Assembly (NCBI RefSeq): GCF_009834535.1
Contig: NC_045696.1
Location: forward strand, 49,354,001 to 49,418,000
Direction of reading: 5' to 3'
Length of the DNA stretch: 64,000 bases
Source of the DNA: Camelus ferus
Taxonomy: Eukaryota
A program made the position numbers and the translations under genes. Below the pieces are notes generated by a model. The model was not told where the DNA came from. It saw only the letters and a program-made list of their open reading frames with translations, and made no database searches. Below, one piece after another: positions 21,820 through 33,710 of this stretch (positions are counted from its first letter, which is position 1; each line of letters begins with the position of its first letter).

Positions 21820-24151
21820 CACTTTTCCCTTCCACTTATTTTTTCTTTTGCTGTCCCAAAGCAGATATCAAATAGTTGAAATGAAATGAAATGGTTGATT
21901 GATTTCCTGCTGCCTTTCAAAAAGGAATTGAGGCAGCAGTACAGGTCTTAGTTAAATGCCCTTGGTTGGGAGAGAACTTTTCATAGTAACTCTGTTAGAA
22001 AAAAGCCATTGTGGTCTTTCTCTTTACCCTGAAGACGCATGGGATGTCGTGGTAGCAGGATACCCCACCGTAAGAAGTTCAACCTCAAGCAGGATTGTTG
22101 AGACCCAGCTGGACAAGGTTTATCCATACCATGTATCTGAATATTTTCTAAATATGGTATCAAAAAGCCATTGTTCCTAATTTGGGTTTTGTGGTTTTAG
22201 CATTCAGCTGTTATGGGTTCGCAGCAATGTGCTCTGATCTGGGCTGGTAGAGAATGAGCTAAGAGAAGAAAAGAACAAATCCATATTCTTCTGCTATAAT
22301 CTCTCTCCACATTCTGGTGAGATTCATAAACAAGGCTTAGTGGTCTAGGCATGTTTGTAGGAAACTACTGTTACTGTATAATCTTAATAGTTAGATGTGA
22401 AAATGAACTTAAACAGAAAACTTCAAGTCTACTCATTCACAAATCATCAAAAAGGATGATTTTGAATGATCGTATGTCTACACAGTGACTTACTTTAGTC
22501 CTCATATCCGGCTAGTGGAGTTGTGTCAGCTTGGTTAGATCCATAAACTTTCAAATCTTCATCCCTGTTTTAGCCCCCTGTAAATAAAGTCAGTATAAAG
22601 GTATTTTCTTCTGTGCAGTATGTAAGATGCAGTGACACAGGATGCCAAGGACTACCTACCTACAGTACAGGTAAACATTAGCGGTAAGAGTAGATCCATC
22701 AGGTTGAATGGAGAGGTTGGACATTATCTCTTCCTCACTTTATTAGATTCCCACTATGCCGTCAGCACTTTTGCCATAGGGATTGGGGTAATTATGGCAG
22801 TGAACTGGAAAATGAGATGAGATTCCTGAGAGAGGACTTAAGAATTCATTGTAAATTCTGGATCTTGTTAAATTTTGTTTAAGCCTCTCTTTTTCAGTTT
22901 AGCTTCAGTTGGAGTTTTTTAAAGTTTATTTTCCCAGCATGATTGACACCATGTTGCCAAAAAATTCCTCATATTCTGCAGTACAATAGTCCTTCTTTTA
23001 ATGTATCAAACTCTGAGGTACCATGAGGCGTAGCAACAGGGGACATGATACATCCTTGTTGCTGAAACAGTCATGCCCTTTGAAGGACAATTTGGTGCTT
23101 TAAAAGCCCTTTCTTAGGCTTGTTATGTCTAGATATCCTTTACCACCATAGCATCTAATGAAGCTATATTTGTAAGCTGAAGTGTAAAAGCTGGAGTCAC
23201 ATGGCATGAGAAGTCAATACCCTGAAGTAACAGAGTTGGTATTTGGTTCCTTTAAAGCTATAGATGGGTTGCATGGGAAGAGTGGAGTTGCTTCATATGG
23301 TGGCACTTGGTGACAACTCCTCCTTGTGGTGTTGTTCACTGTCATGTTGTTTCACCCCTAAAGTATTCAAGGTTCAAAATTATAGTAGTTCTGTGAGCAT
23401 TGCATCTGACTGCTTTCCCGGAATCCTATTTTTTCAAAAGCTTAGAATATATTGTTGCCCACTGCTTCCCTGCATACACCCTAAACTATAGTCAAGAAGA
23501 AATATGTGGCAGTTCCTTGACTATGTTCTCTCCCATAATGTATTCTGTGCCTTTTAATTCAGTTTAGGGAAATTCTTGGGTAAAGATCAAGAAAGGCCTT
23601 CATTTTCCTAAGCCCTTCAGTAATTAATTTTATTTATATATAAGGGAGTGAGTAAAGTTGGCACTCCAAAAGTCAGCCAATAGAAAGATATTTGATAAAC
23701 TCCTATTTATTTTCCATACAAAGCACCATTAAATTTTTTTTTAATCAGCCACTATATGCTGGTTTCTAACCTCTTTGCTATTGATGAGTCTTATGCTTTA
23801 ATAATCTGAACAGTGAAGATCTTCCCTGTTTTAAGAGGAAAAGAAAGATCTTTCACGATCCAGCCATTTGGAACCTACCTGCTTATATCACTCACCTGGG
23901 GTGGATGACTTCCTTTTACACTCAGAATACTTAACAGTGATAATATAAATTACAACTTTTTTTCCTCACTTGTGGCATGGGGAAGTGGGCTTCCTCTAGT
24001 CAGCAGAAATATTGTGAAGTAGCAACCATGCAAAAAAATTCACAACATACAAAATAAAAACCATAGAGCATCTCATATTTTTGTCATTTCATATTGTAAC
24101 TGTCTTGAGAATGAAACAGCCCAAGGTCTCCTAGTTTATCTTTTTCCCAGT
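21820..24151 (-). mobile_element. Decayed RTE-clade LINE (probably L4/RTE-X): reverse transcriptase and C-terminal part of ORF2
   Basis: Minus-strand motifs in canonical order: VPNGW..P.K, CSDY*SIRL (23786-23812), AFLDL (23583-23597), LW, GVKQ (23347-23358), PQGGV (23315-23329), LQNMRNFLATWC..INFKK (~22915-22981), FT(Y)xG, LKVY (22543-22554)..GYE, RLEVF, LRW (22065-22073). Confidence 0.72.
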
Positions 24152-24595
24152 TGTAATGGGTTGAACTGTGTCCCTCTCAAAAGATCTACTGAAGTCGTAG
24201 CCCCTGTTACCTGTGTATGTTATCTTCTTTAGAAATAAGGTCTTTGCAGACGTAATCAAGCTACAATGAGGCAATTAGTGTGAGCCCTAATTCAGTATGA
24301 CAGGTGTCCTTATAATATGAGGAGAATGTGGTGTGAAGACAGAAACACAGGGAGAATGCCATTGATGACAGAGGCAGAGCTCAGAGTGGTGTCCCTCCAA
24401 GCTCAGGAGTGTCAGCAATCAGTAGCTACCACCAAAAGCTAGGAAGAAGCAAGGAAGAGGCTCAGAAGGAGCAAGATCTCTTGAGACCATGATTTTGGAC
24501 TTCTAGCTTCCAGATTGTGGGAAAAGAAATGTATGATTTTGTGAGCCACTCATTTTTGTGGCACTTTGTTATGGCAGCCCTAGGAAACTAATACA
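24152..24595 (+). mobile_element. MaLR solo LTR (MLT1B/C-like) inserted into the RTE fossil
   Basis: TGTAATGGGTTGAACTGTGTCCC...GGTCTTTGCAGACGTAATCAAG...GGCAGCCCTAGGAAACTAATACA. Confidence 0.9.
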
Positions 24596-24939
24596 CCACA
24601 TGAAGGAGATGATCGCCTGACAAATAGCAAGGAAGCCAAGATGCAGGCTATTTCAAGAATCGCTTAAAATATTCTGCCCTTTAATTCTTCCTATTTCTTG
24701 GGGAAACAGTGGTTTCAGTACTCCTTAAGGCTTTGCATAATCTCGTATTAGCCCATTATCCAGGGCAACAACGTGAAAGGAGGATGTTGGCATTTATTTG
24801 TCCTGGAGGAACTTGGGATTGATAAAATAATGATATTCACTTTGACATAGACTGGTGTCTATAGCTTCAAGGCAAGGATGCTTTTACTCTGTAAGAGCTT
24901 GGAGCCCATCATCCAAAGGTTTAATGGGTTTCTGTTTTA
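24596..24939 (-). mobile_element. RTE-clade LINE fossil, AP-endonuclease segment
   Basis: In-frame INANILLSRCCPG*WANT (24744-24797) resembles the NxNGxLLxxC...L.IxNT motif of RTE endonucleases. Confidence 0.6.
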
Positions 24940-24944
24940 ATTAA

Positions 24945-25426
24945 AAAATCTTAATTTCATTGAGGTATAGTTGATGTACAATATTATAAAAGATTCAGGG
25001 GTAAATCATAGTAATTCACAATTTTAAAGGATATATTCTACTTATAGTTAGTATAAAATGTTGGCTATATTCCCTGTGCTGTACAATATATCCTTGTAGC
25101 TTATGCATTTTATACATAGTAGTTTGTACCTCTTAATTCCTTACCCCTTCCTTGCCCCTCCCCCTTTCCCTGTCCCCACTGGTAACCACTAGTTTGTTCT
25201 CTATATCTGTGAATCTATTTCTTTTTTGTTATATTCACTGGTTTGTTTTGTTTTTAGGTAAATTAGATAGAATAGTTTTATTTTACATGTAAGTGACATC
25301 ATTACAGTAGAACTGTAGGGTCTTTCTCTGTCTGACTTATTTCACTTAGCATCAATACCCTCCAAGTCCATCCATCTTGTTCCAAATACCAAAATTTTAT
25401 TCTTTTTTATGGCTGAGTAATATTCT

Positions 25427-25483
<57 letters not shown>

Positions 25484-26832
25484 CTCACTTCTTCTTTATC
25501 CACTCATCTATTGATGGGCACTTAGGTTGCTCCCATATCTTGGCAATTGTGAATAATGCTGCTATGAACATTGAGGTGCGTGCATGTTTTCGAATTAGTG
25601 TTTCCATTTTCTTCAGATATATACCCAAGAGTGGAATTGCTGGGTCATGTGGTAGTTCTATTTTTAGTTTTTTGAGAAACATCCTTACAATTTTCCATAG
25701 TGGCTGCACCAATTTACATTCCTACCAACAGTGTAGGAAGGTTTCCTTTACACTACATCCTCACCAACATTTATTTGTGTTCTTTTGATGATAGCCATTC
25801 TGACAGGCGTGATCTCATTGTGGTTTTCATTTGCATTTCTCTTATGATTAGTGATGTTGAACGTCTTTTCATGTGCCTGTTGGCTGTCTGCATGTCTTCT
25901 TTGGAAAAATGTCTGTTCGGTTCTTCTGCCCATTTTTTAATCAGGTTTTTTTTTTGATGTTGAATTTTATGAACTGTTTATATATGCTGGATATTAACCC
26001 CTTTCTCTTTCTGATAGTTCATTGTTAGTGTATAGAAATGCAACAGATTCCTGTATATTAATTTTGTGTCCTGTAACTTAACTGAACTTATTGATGGGCT
26101 CTAGTAGTTTTTTGGTGTTATCTTTAGAATTTTCTGTGTATAGTATCGTGTCATGTGCAAATAGTGACAATTTTGATTCTTTTAACTTCTTCTTGTCTGA
26201 TTACTGTGGCTAGGACTTCCAATACAGTGTTGAATAAAAATGGCAAGAGTGGACATCCTTGTCTTGTTCCTGATCGTAGAGGAAATGCTTTCAGCTTTTC
26301 ACTATTAAGCATGATATTAACTCATGTGGGCTTGTTGTATATGGCCTTTATTATGTTGAGATATATTCCCTCTGTATTCACTTTCTGGAGAGTTTTTAAT
26401 CATAAATGAATTTTGAATTTTGTCAAAAGCTTTTTCTGCATCTATTGAGATGGTCATATGATTTTTGTTCTTCATTTGTTAATGTGGTGTATCACATTGA
26501 TTATTTTGTGGATATTGAAAAATCCTTGCATCCCTGGGGTAAATCCCACTTGATTGTGGTGTATGATCCCTTGAATGTATTGTTGTATTCATTTTGCAAA
26601 TATTTTGTTGAAGACTTTTACATCTATGTTCATCGGTGATACTGGTCTGTGATTCTCTTTTTTGGGGACATCTTTGTCTAGTTTAATTTCAGGGTGATGC
26701 TGGCATTGTAGAGTGAGTTTGAAAGCATTACTTCTGCTGTAATTTTTTGGAATAGTTTGAGAAGTGTAGATGTTAACTCTTCTTTAAATGTTTGGTATAA
26801 TTTACATGTGAGGCCATCTGGTCCTGGACTTT
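24945..26832 (-). mobile_element. Artiodactyl/laurasiatherian LINE-1, 5'-truncated, internal deletion near 26003
   Basis: ORF 25485-25712 [31 protein letters not shown] is the L1 ORF2 C-terminus; 3' UTR present; flanked by TTAATGGGTTTCTGTTTTA (24921-24939) and TTAGTGGGCTTCTAATTTA (26831-26849). Confidence 0.93.
25429..25481. repeat. (TG)n microsatellite in L1
   Basis: About 26 TG units seen directly. Confidence 0.97.
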
Positions 26833-26849
26833 AGTGGGCTTCTAATTTA

Positions 26850-27450
26850 CATAACATATTACCTTCATTGCTGGATTTGCTTGATTGCTGAAGATAAGTC
26901 CTCTACATCTTATGCTAATTTTTATATAGTGTCAGGTAAGATTGCTTCCTTTCAGTGTGATCTGTGTCAAGGTAACTATTCCCAATCCATCTCAATTTAT
27001 TGGCTCTAAGGATGATAATCCTGACCTTCATGAGATTTAACTCAAATAATCCTCCCGGATATAATATTTTCCTTCACCCTTGGCTTGGAGGCCAGGACCC
27101 TCATGTAAGTACTAGCAGTAACATTAGCTGATTTAAGTTAGGCTGACAGTTGTAATTTATTAGCCAGCATTGGGTTTGTCTAGGCTGTTTTCAAGCGTCA
27201 AAGAACATTTCTAAGAACCTGTAATAGATAGAACTGTAGGGTCAAGCCAGAAAAAAGAATACCCCTCATGTAGTGGTAGCTGGAAAAGGGACAGTTACAA
27301 GTGTAATACAGTTGATTGAAGAACAAACATGAACTGACACTTCTGATATTGTATTGAAAAACTTCCAGTCTCAATTCTTTACACCATTTAGACTCTATAA
27401 ATAAAATTATACCGTGTAGTGGGACACAACAATTTTGGTGTATTCATAGT
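26850..27450 (-). mobile_element. RTE-clade LINE fossil, AP-endonuclease segment
   Basis: LHGIILFIESK (HG at 27411-27416), FNTISE, ITLVTVPFP (~27281-27308), EDLSSAIKQI (~26873-26903); these resemble HGVGF, F.PISER, TIISVYAP and FYxxL motifs. Confidence 0.6.
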
Positions 27451-27451
27451 T

Positions 27452-29014
27452 TTATTCTTTTATTTTATTTTTAGGACCACTTGACATGTAAAAAGCTGTA
27501 CATATTTAATGAATGTAATTCAGTGAGTTTAGAGATAATATACAGCCATGAAACCAACATCACCATTAAGACCATAGACATATCCATCACCTCCCAAAGT
27601 TTCCTTCTACCTCTTTATTAATTACATTTTTTGTGGTAAGAACACTTAGCATGTCTGTGCTTTTAGAAAATTATATGTGTACAGTACAGTGTTGTTAGCT
27701 ACAGGCTCTGTGCTATGTGGTAGAACTTCAGAGCTTATTTTGCATAATTGAAACTTTGTACTCTGTGACCATCTTTTCATTTTCCTCTTCCCTCTACTCC
27801 CTGCAATCACTATTCTACTCTGCTTCTAATGAGTGTGAATATTCTAGATTCCACATAAGTGAGATTATACACTTTGTCTTTTTGTGTCTGACTTATTTCA
27901 TTTAGCAATAATGGCTTCCAGGTCCATACATGCTGTTGCAAATAACAGGATTCCCTTCTTTTTTAAGGCTGAATAATATTTCATTGGGTGTATATATGAC
28001 ATTTTTTTTCTTCATTCTTCCATAGGTTGACAATTAGGTTGTTTTCATATCTTGACTATTGTGAATAATGCTGCAATGAATATGAGAGTACAAGTTATCT
28101 CGTCAAAATCCTGATTTCAGATCCTTTGGATAAATACCTAGAAGTAGAATTGCTGGGTCATGTGGTAATTCTATTTTTAAGTTTTTTAAGGGACCTCAAT
28201 ACTGTTTTTTATAGAGGCTATACCAATTATCATTCCCACCAACAGTGCACTAGGGTTCTCTTTTTTTCACATCCTTCCCAAAATTTACCTTTTTTTTTTC
28301 CATAATAGTCCTCCTACCAGGTTCAAGGTGAAATCTCATTGTAGTTTTGATTTGCATGTCCCTGATGGAAGTGATGTTGAGCACCTTTTGAACTTTTGTA
28401 TTATTAGTTCTTTGGAGAAATGTCAGTTCAGGTTCTTTGCCTGTTTTTTAATCAGATTTTTAATCAGTTTGTTTGGTTAGCTATTGAGTTGTAGGAGTTT
28501 GTTAACTCATTGTTATGTATTATGTATTATGTTAACTCTTTATTATGTGGTTTGCAAGTATGTTCACCCATTCCATAAGATTGCCTTTTCATTTTCTTGA
28601 TTGTTTCTATTGTGTTGCAGAATATTTTTTGTTTGATGTAGTACTGTTTGTTTATTTTTGCTTTTGTTGCCTGTGCTTTTGTTGTCATATCTAAGAAATC
28701 ATTGTGAAGACCAATTACATGAGGCTTTTCCTATATATTTTCTTCTAGGAATTTTCAGTTTCAAGTGTTACATATAAGTCTTTAATCTATTTTGCGGTGA
28801 TATTTGTGTATTATATAAGATAAGGGTCCAATTCCATTCTTTTGCTTGTGGATATGCAATTCTCAGAATACCACTTATTGAAGAGATTGTTCTTCTCCCA
28901 TTTTGTAGTTCTTGGTGCTCTGTTGAAGATGAGTTGACTGTATATGCAGAAGTTTGCTTCTGGGCTCTCTATTCTGTTCCATTGGTCTGTGTGTGTGTTT
29001 TTATACCAGGCACC
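27452..29014 (-). mobile_element. LINE-1 (L1MA-like) 3' portion inserted into the RTE fossil
   Basis: T-rich tail at left, L1MA 3' UTR, then ORF2 text to TCTGGGCTCTCTATTCTGTTCCATTGGTCT. Confidence 0.92.
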
Positions 29015-30050
29015 AGCCTCATTCTGGGGTGATCACCATGATGCCTGGATCCTATCTCTCCATCTTGTTCAATCTGAATGCACAATAATCTGTCTATTAT
29101 TACCTCTTTAGTTACAATTCTTTGCATATAGACTGGAAAATTGTATACTGTACCTTACATACATTCCACTTTCCAAAGCAAATTTTTAATTTGGGCGATA
29201 ATTTCTACTCAGTCCTAAGCTTTAGTTTTTTTAAGCAGTTGCAGCAAAATGGAGGCTTTCTTCCTTCATTGCCTCATTTATGTGCACTGTGTACCCAGCT
29301 TCGAAAATATCATTAAATGTTGGATGATCTCAGAGTACTTTGGTCTAACCACCCAAAAGTCATTTAGATTTAAGCAGAAGTGTAATCCACCTATCCACTG
29401 TACAGTTTCATTGTCCTTCTGCTAAAAAGACGCAAAGGGCTATACCCAGGTCTATGGAGTTCTCCAACTATATTAATTTATTGTTTTGAATTTGAAGTAT
29501 GAAAAAAAATTTCCTTGAGGTCTGCATTACCCAAGGTAACAGTAAACTGAATACAGACTGCCTGAATACTATATAAAGATTTATTTTATACTCTGTTTTG
29601 CTGGAGGTGCTTCATTATACTTTGTACAATAATCTACATCTAATGTGGACAAATCATGTCTATACAGCAGTCTTCTAGTCTGGCTTAGAAGATACATACA
29701 AATTATTTTTAGCACCTCTTTTAATGTATTGATGACTTCCTGTTTGATCTCTTCTGCAGTTGAATATATTCTTGGGTAGCCTAGCCTCTTTTCACAGATA
29801 CTGTTCAGGTATATGTTTTTGTAATTTTATGAATCAGAGCCCCCTGGCTGGTCTCCACACACTGCACAGTGGCATGGAGAGATTAGTACCTCTTCTGAGA
29901 GACTCTGGGTCAAATCTCCTTTATAGGCTGGGTGACCCCATCAATACCATAAATTTAATCATCATATCACTTCTTGGTGGGTTGGAATAATAAATTATGA
30001 CTTAAATAAGTCCCACCAAAATCTCTGAACCTTTTGCAAAAATATACATT
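29015..30050 (-). mobile_element. RTE-X-like LINE fossil: start of ORF2 endonuclease plus putative esterase-type ORF1
   Basis: GKWNV (29160-29174) and DYCA..TRW (29060-29068); upstream MVLMGSPSL*RRFDPESL (29897-29950), PG(x)ALI, TAEEIKQEVINTLKEVLKII (29701-29760) and GGLH (29380-29391). Confidence 0.55.
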
Positions 30051-31059
30051 TCACAGACTTGCAGCAAATAGAACATACAATAATTAAGTTCCTTTGATAA
30101 TTGTTTATCCAAAAACTATGAAAACTTGCCATTTTATGTTCTGTTAGAAGATAAAGGAAGAAAGAGACCTTCCCTCTAAACTGAGATGATGGACTTAGTG
30201 TGAAATGTCATCACTGCCAAATATACCTGCCTGTAGAGAAGTTATAGCAAAGGCCAGTGTACTTTCTTCCTTTGAGACAATGTCTGATTTTGAGAAAACC
30301 CTATGATTACTTTTCATAAAGTTTGGCGGTCTGCTCCAATATATAAAAGAAGAAGATGTAAACTAAGTAGAAGACTGGACTCAAAGTGCTAATACCTGAA
30401 TTTAGAGTAATATTTTTGAAAGTTAAAACTAAAAGGGAATAGAATAACTCTGGACTAATCTCTAATTCCCTTGGTAACTTAAAATATCTGCCCCACAGTT
30501 TATTTAGAAAAACAAAACAAAACAAAAATTAAGTTTAACTCAGAGAGGGAAGCCGTCACTAAATTGACAAGTATTTATACACATATGTACTATATCACCT
30601 CTCCTGGTATGTCCTTCCTCTTCCTTCCAGAGCTAGCAGCATCCATACTGCTAGTTCCCTCAAGGCTCCAGCCACACATCACCCTCACCATGAAGCGTTT
30701 TCGAAAGTCAGAATATTTTCCTATCAGAGTTCTTATTGGATCCTGCATGCATCTTTCCAATAAACTTGATGGCATTGTTTTTTATCACAGTATCTGATAC
30801 ATGGCTTAAGAGTTGTGTGGTGAGTGAGGGGCACCTAACTTTAGAATCTCTTAACATTATCACTTGATAGATCAAATTATGGAATATTTCAGAGTTTAAA
30901 ATTTACAGACACTCTCAGCAAAAATGGGACTCTATAGGATTCAATCTACCAAAGACTTTGTAGGAGCAGAATAGGAAATAAACCATTCCTTCACAAGCAT
31001 GAAGAATATTATTTGGGGGATGGCTCTGGTTATTTTCTCCATTCATCTACATAACATGG

Positions 31060-31560
31060 TGTCTTCGCCGCACGCTTTCCAATGGCCCTTGACACTGGCT
31101 TATTCACGTCTCCTCTGTGTGTAATGTGGTCTCCCCCAAGGACAAATGATCTGCTGCCGGGAGGCTCGTGTGCTCTTTATGGCGGCATTTGCATATTTTT
31201 TTCATTTCCATAGAAACATCTCCACTGACTCAGAACCGCTTCTGTCCTCTTCAGACAGAGATATTTATCTTTCAAGCACTGACGTAAGACAAATGGGAGT
31301 GCTTTCCCTGCAGTCCTCACCTTATAAGACTCTCCTCTTTAAAGGAATTTATGATGGTCTGCCTTTAGGTTATTTATTTATATTTTGCTCCATGACCACT
31401 TTTCCAGTAATGAGTTTAAATACAAGCAACATAAACCCATCTGGAAATAAAATTATGCACTAGCTTCACGACAAAAGATAATTACATTATAATCAAGCTG
31501 TCATTTTCGGAGATAGTAGGAGATGAAGCGTGCTATAAACTGACAAGTAAAGTGTATAGA
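31060..31560. promoter_or_regulatory. Candidate conserved enhancer
   Basis: Repeat-free, locally CpG-retaining; TTTATGG 31176-31182, octamer ATTTGCAT 31187-31194, AP-1 TGACTCA 31226-31232, TGACGTAA 31280-31287. Confidence 0.42.
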
Positions 31561-32527
31561 TTGTTCTTTCGAATATCTTCCGCAGTGGCTGGGAGCACTA
31601 AGATTCCTAATGCATAATATCAGACTTTGTAACTGGAAATTTTCTGGGAGTGCCCAAACATCTAGTTTCTAAGAGTAATGGCTACTAATAATACTCAGAG
31701 GACTAAAGGCCAGAGTTAGAATTCCTGTGCTCTGACTTAGACCTCAGCTTGGCTACCCTAACAGTACTTGGGTAGTGCCCAGGTTCAGAGAATGAGCCTT
31801 AATTTTATTTTTTTAAACCTGTCTTTATTAGATTATTATTTTTCGTAGGTTGGTTGGAGCTTGATACTGGATCTTTCTGATGTGTTTAGGTAGAATGTGG
31901 AGAGTTTGCTGTATGGAAGAAACTGATACTTTTAGGAAAAAGACTGTCATTGAAGCCAGTTTTTACCACTCCAAGTTCAGTTTTCTCTTGCAGCCATGAG
32001 ATGGATCACTGATTTTTCATGGCTAAGAGAACTTTTCCGTGTCCCTGAGCTCAAGATAGCTAATGAGATAAAAGAACAGAGTCCACCTGCAGCCATGTAC
32101 TTGGCTGGACCCCCAGGAAAGGGAGAATGGCACAATGGAGGCAGGAACAAGACAGAAGACTCACCAGAAAAGGCACTGCCAATACTTGTTCTTTGTCACT
32201 GCTTCCACCACAATGGAACCCATCACCTCAGAGCAAATACGCTACCCAAGGAGTCCCAGGAAAGTAGGTTTCTGTTGCCTCCTTTCCTTGACACTCTCAT
32301 TATCCAAAGGGATCAGAGAATGCCTGTATTAGGGCAGCATGACCCCAGGTACTTCCTGAGATTCTGTGAGTCCTTGGCTGCTACTGACTGAACAGTCACT
32401 GGTTCTAAGTCACTTCTCTGTGTTGTCCTGCTCCTCTGACCTCTAAGCACTGACTTCTTCAATCTGGACTCAACTTCCCCACCCCTAACCCTCATCTTTT
32501 TCCTTTTGAATCCCAGACAAGGCAAAC

Positions 32528-32700
32528 AGTACCTTATTTCTCAAAGTGTGTTCTGCAGACCATCAGTATCAGCGTCAACTGAGAGTTTTTGTTAGAAATG
32601 CAGAATATGAACCCAGCTCCACATCTCCCCAGAATCAGAATCTGCATTTTAACAAGATCACCAGGCAAGCTATACGTACATTAAAGTTTGAGATGCAGTT
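32528..32700. mobile_element. MER5A1-like DNA transposon
   Basis: TTCTCAAAGTGTGTTCTGCAGACC...GTTAGAAATGCAGAAT...GAATCAGAATCTGCATTTTAACAAGATC...ACATTAAAGTTTGAGA. Confidence 0.85.
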
Positions 32701-33545
32701 CAGGTAGTAGGTTCAAACTTCCAGCTGGTGTGATTTAGTTTTGATCTTGCTGCACCCCAACCCCAGTAAGCTAAGAGTCAGGTATACATGGGATATGCCA
32801 CTGTTTATTGGCCTAATGTGTGTACCTTGGATTTCTGTTCAGGATTCAGACTTTCTGTTGGATCCAGAGCCCTATCCAGAAGCCTAGAGTCTTTGATTAG
32901 GATCTGACTTGCTGAGTTCCTACCACCATCCCTGGTAGTGGGCTTGGTAGTAGAAGGTTAGATCCTGCCTCCCGTCTCTGATTGTGGTTCTTCTTCTAAT
33001 AGCCAGGTGACTAGAAACTATAAGAGCATCTAATCTGACTTCCACTGGCTGTGGCCATCTGCCCTTTGATCCCATGACCTTCCCCATATTGGACTGCCTT
33101 GTATGTTGATGATGGCACTTCAGACTAAGACTGACCCCACCTTATTCATACAGCAGAAGCACTAGGGGCACAACTTGTGGTCACCTGTGTCAGCATCCTC
33201 TAAATGTAATTATACCATCCTTGTTTTCTTCACTTCTCCTAGAGCCTAGTTAGCTGAGGTCCCAGCAGGTCTCATAACTATATTCAGTTGAATTTGGGCA
33301 GCTGATCACTGAAATGCAGTTCTCTTCAAATAAGAGGTGAGAAGACTTCAAATCTGAAGCAGAAAAGCAGAATGACATACATTTATTCCCTCCTATCATG
33401 GAAATATGGGCTTCCAATCACTTTTTGTGTATATTTGACTCAGTGTTTCCTAGAAATGCAGTCTATGAGTAATCAATCTATGTAGATCCTGTGAAGGTTA
33501 ATGGTGGCATGATACACAACACCTTAATTGATAACAAAATTAGGA

Positions 33546-33710
33546 GGGAGGACATAACTCAGTGGTAGAGCCTATGCTTCACATGCACAAGATACTGGGT
33601 TCAATCCCCAGCACCTCCTTTAAATAAATAGATCAATCAATCAATCAATCAATCAATCTAGTTACCTATCCCCCCCAAAAAGTTAAAATTTAAAAATTTA
33701 AAGAAAAGAA
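33546..33710 (+). mobile_element. tRNA-derived camelid SINE (Vic-1-like) with TSD
   Basis: GGGAGGACATAACTCAGTGGTAGAG (A box)...GGGTTCAATCCCCAGCACCTCC (B box), (AATC)n, A-rich tail; flanked by AACAAAATTAGGA (33533-33545) and AACAAAATAAGAA (33711-33723). Confidence 0.85.

Noticed and set aside
29738..29815. Plus-strand acceptor/donor pair suggesting a ~50-bp exon
   Set aside because: Lies antisense within the retrotransposon relic; such signals are common by chance.
21820..30050. Alternative readings as Gypsy/ERV pol, env or a domesticated gene
   Set aside because: Motifs fit a non-LTR AP-endonuclease plus RT, and the frame is broken throughout.
31996..32391. 131-aa ORF preceded by a good acceptor-like TTTTCTCTTGCAG and GCCATG
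   Set aside because: No recognisable protein family and no supporting partner exons; could be a non-coding exon but the sequence alone does not support it.
33546..33618. tRNA-like sequence
   Set aside because: Diverged head of a SINE with tail and TSD, not a tRNA gene.
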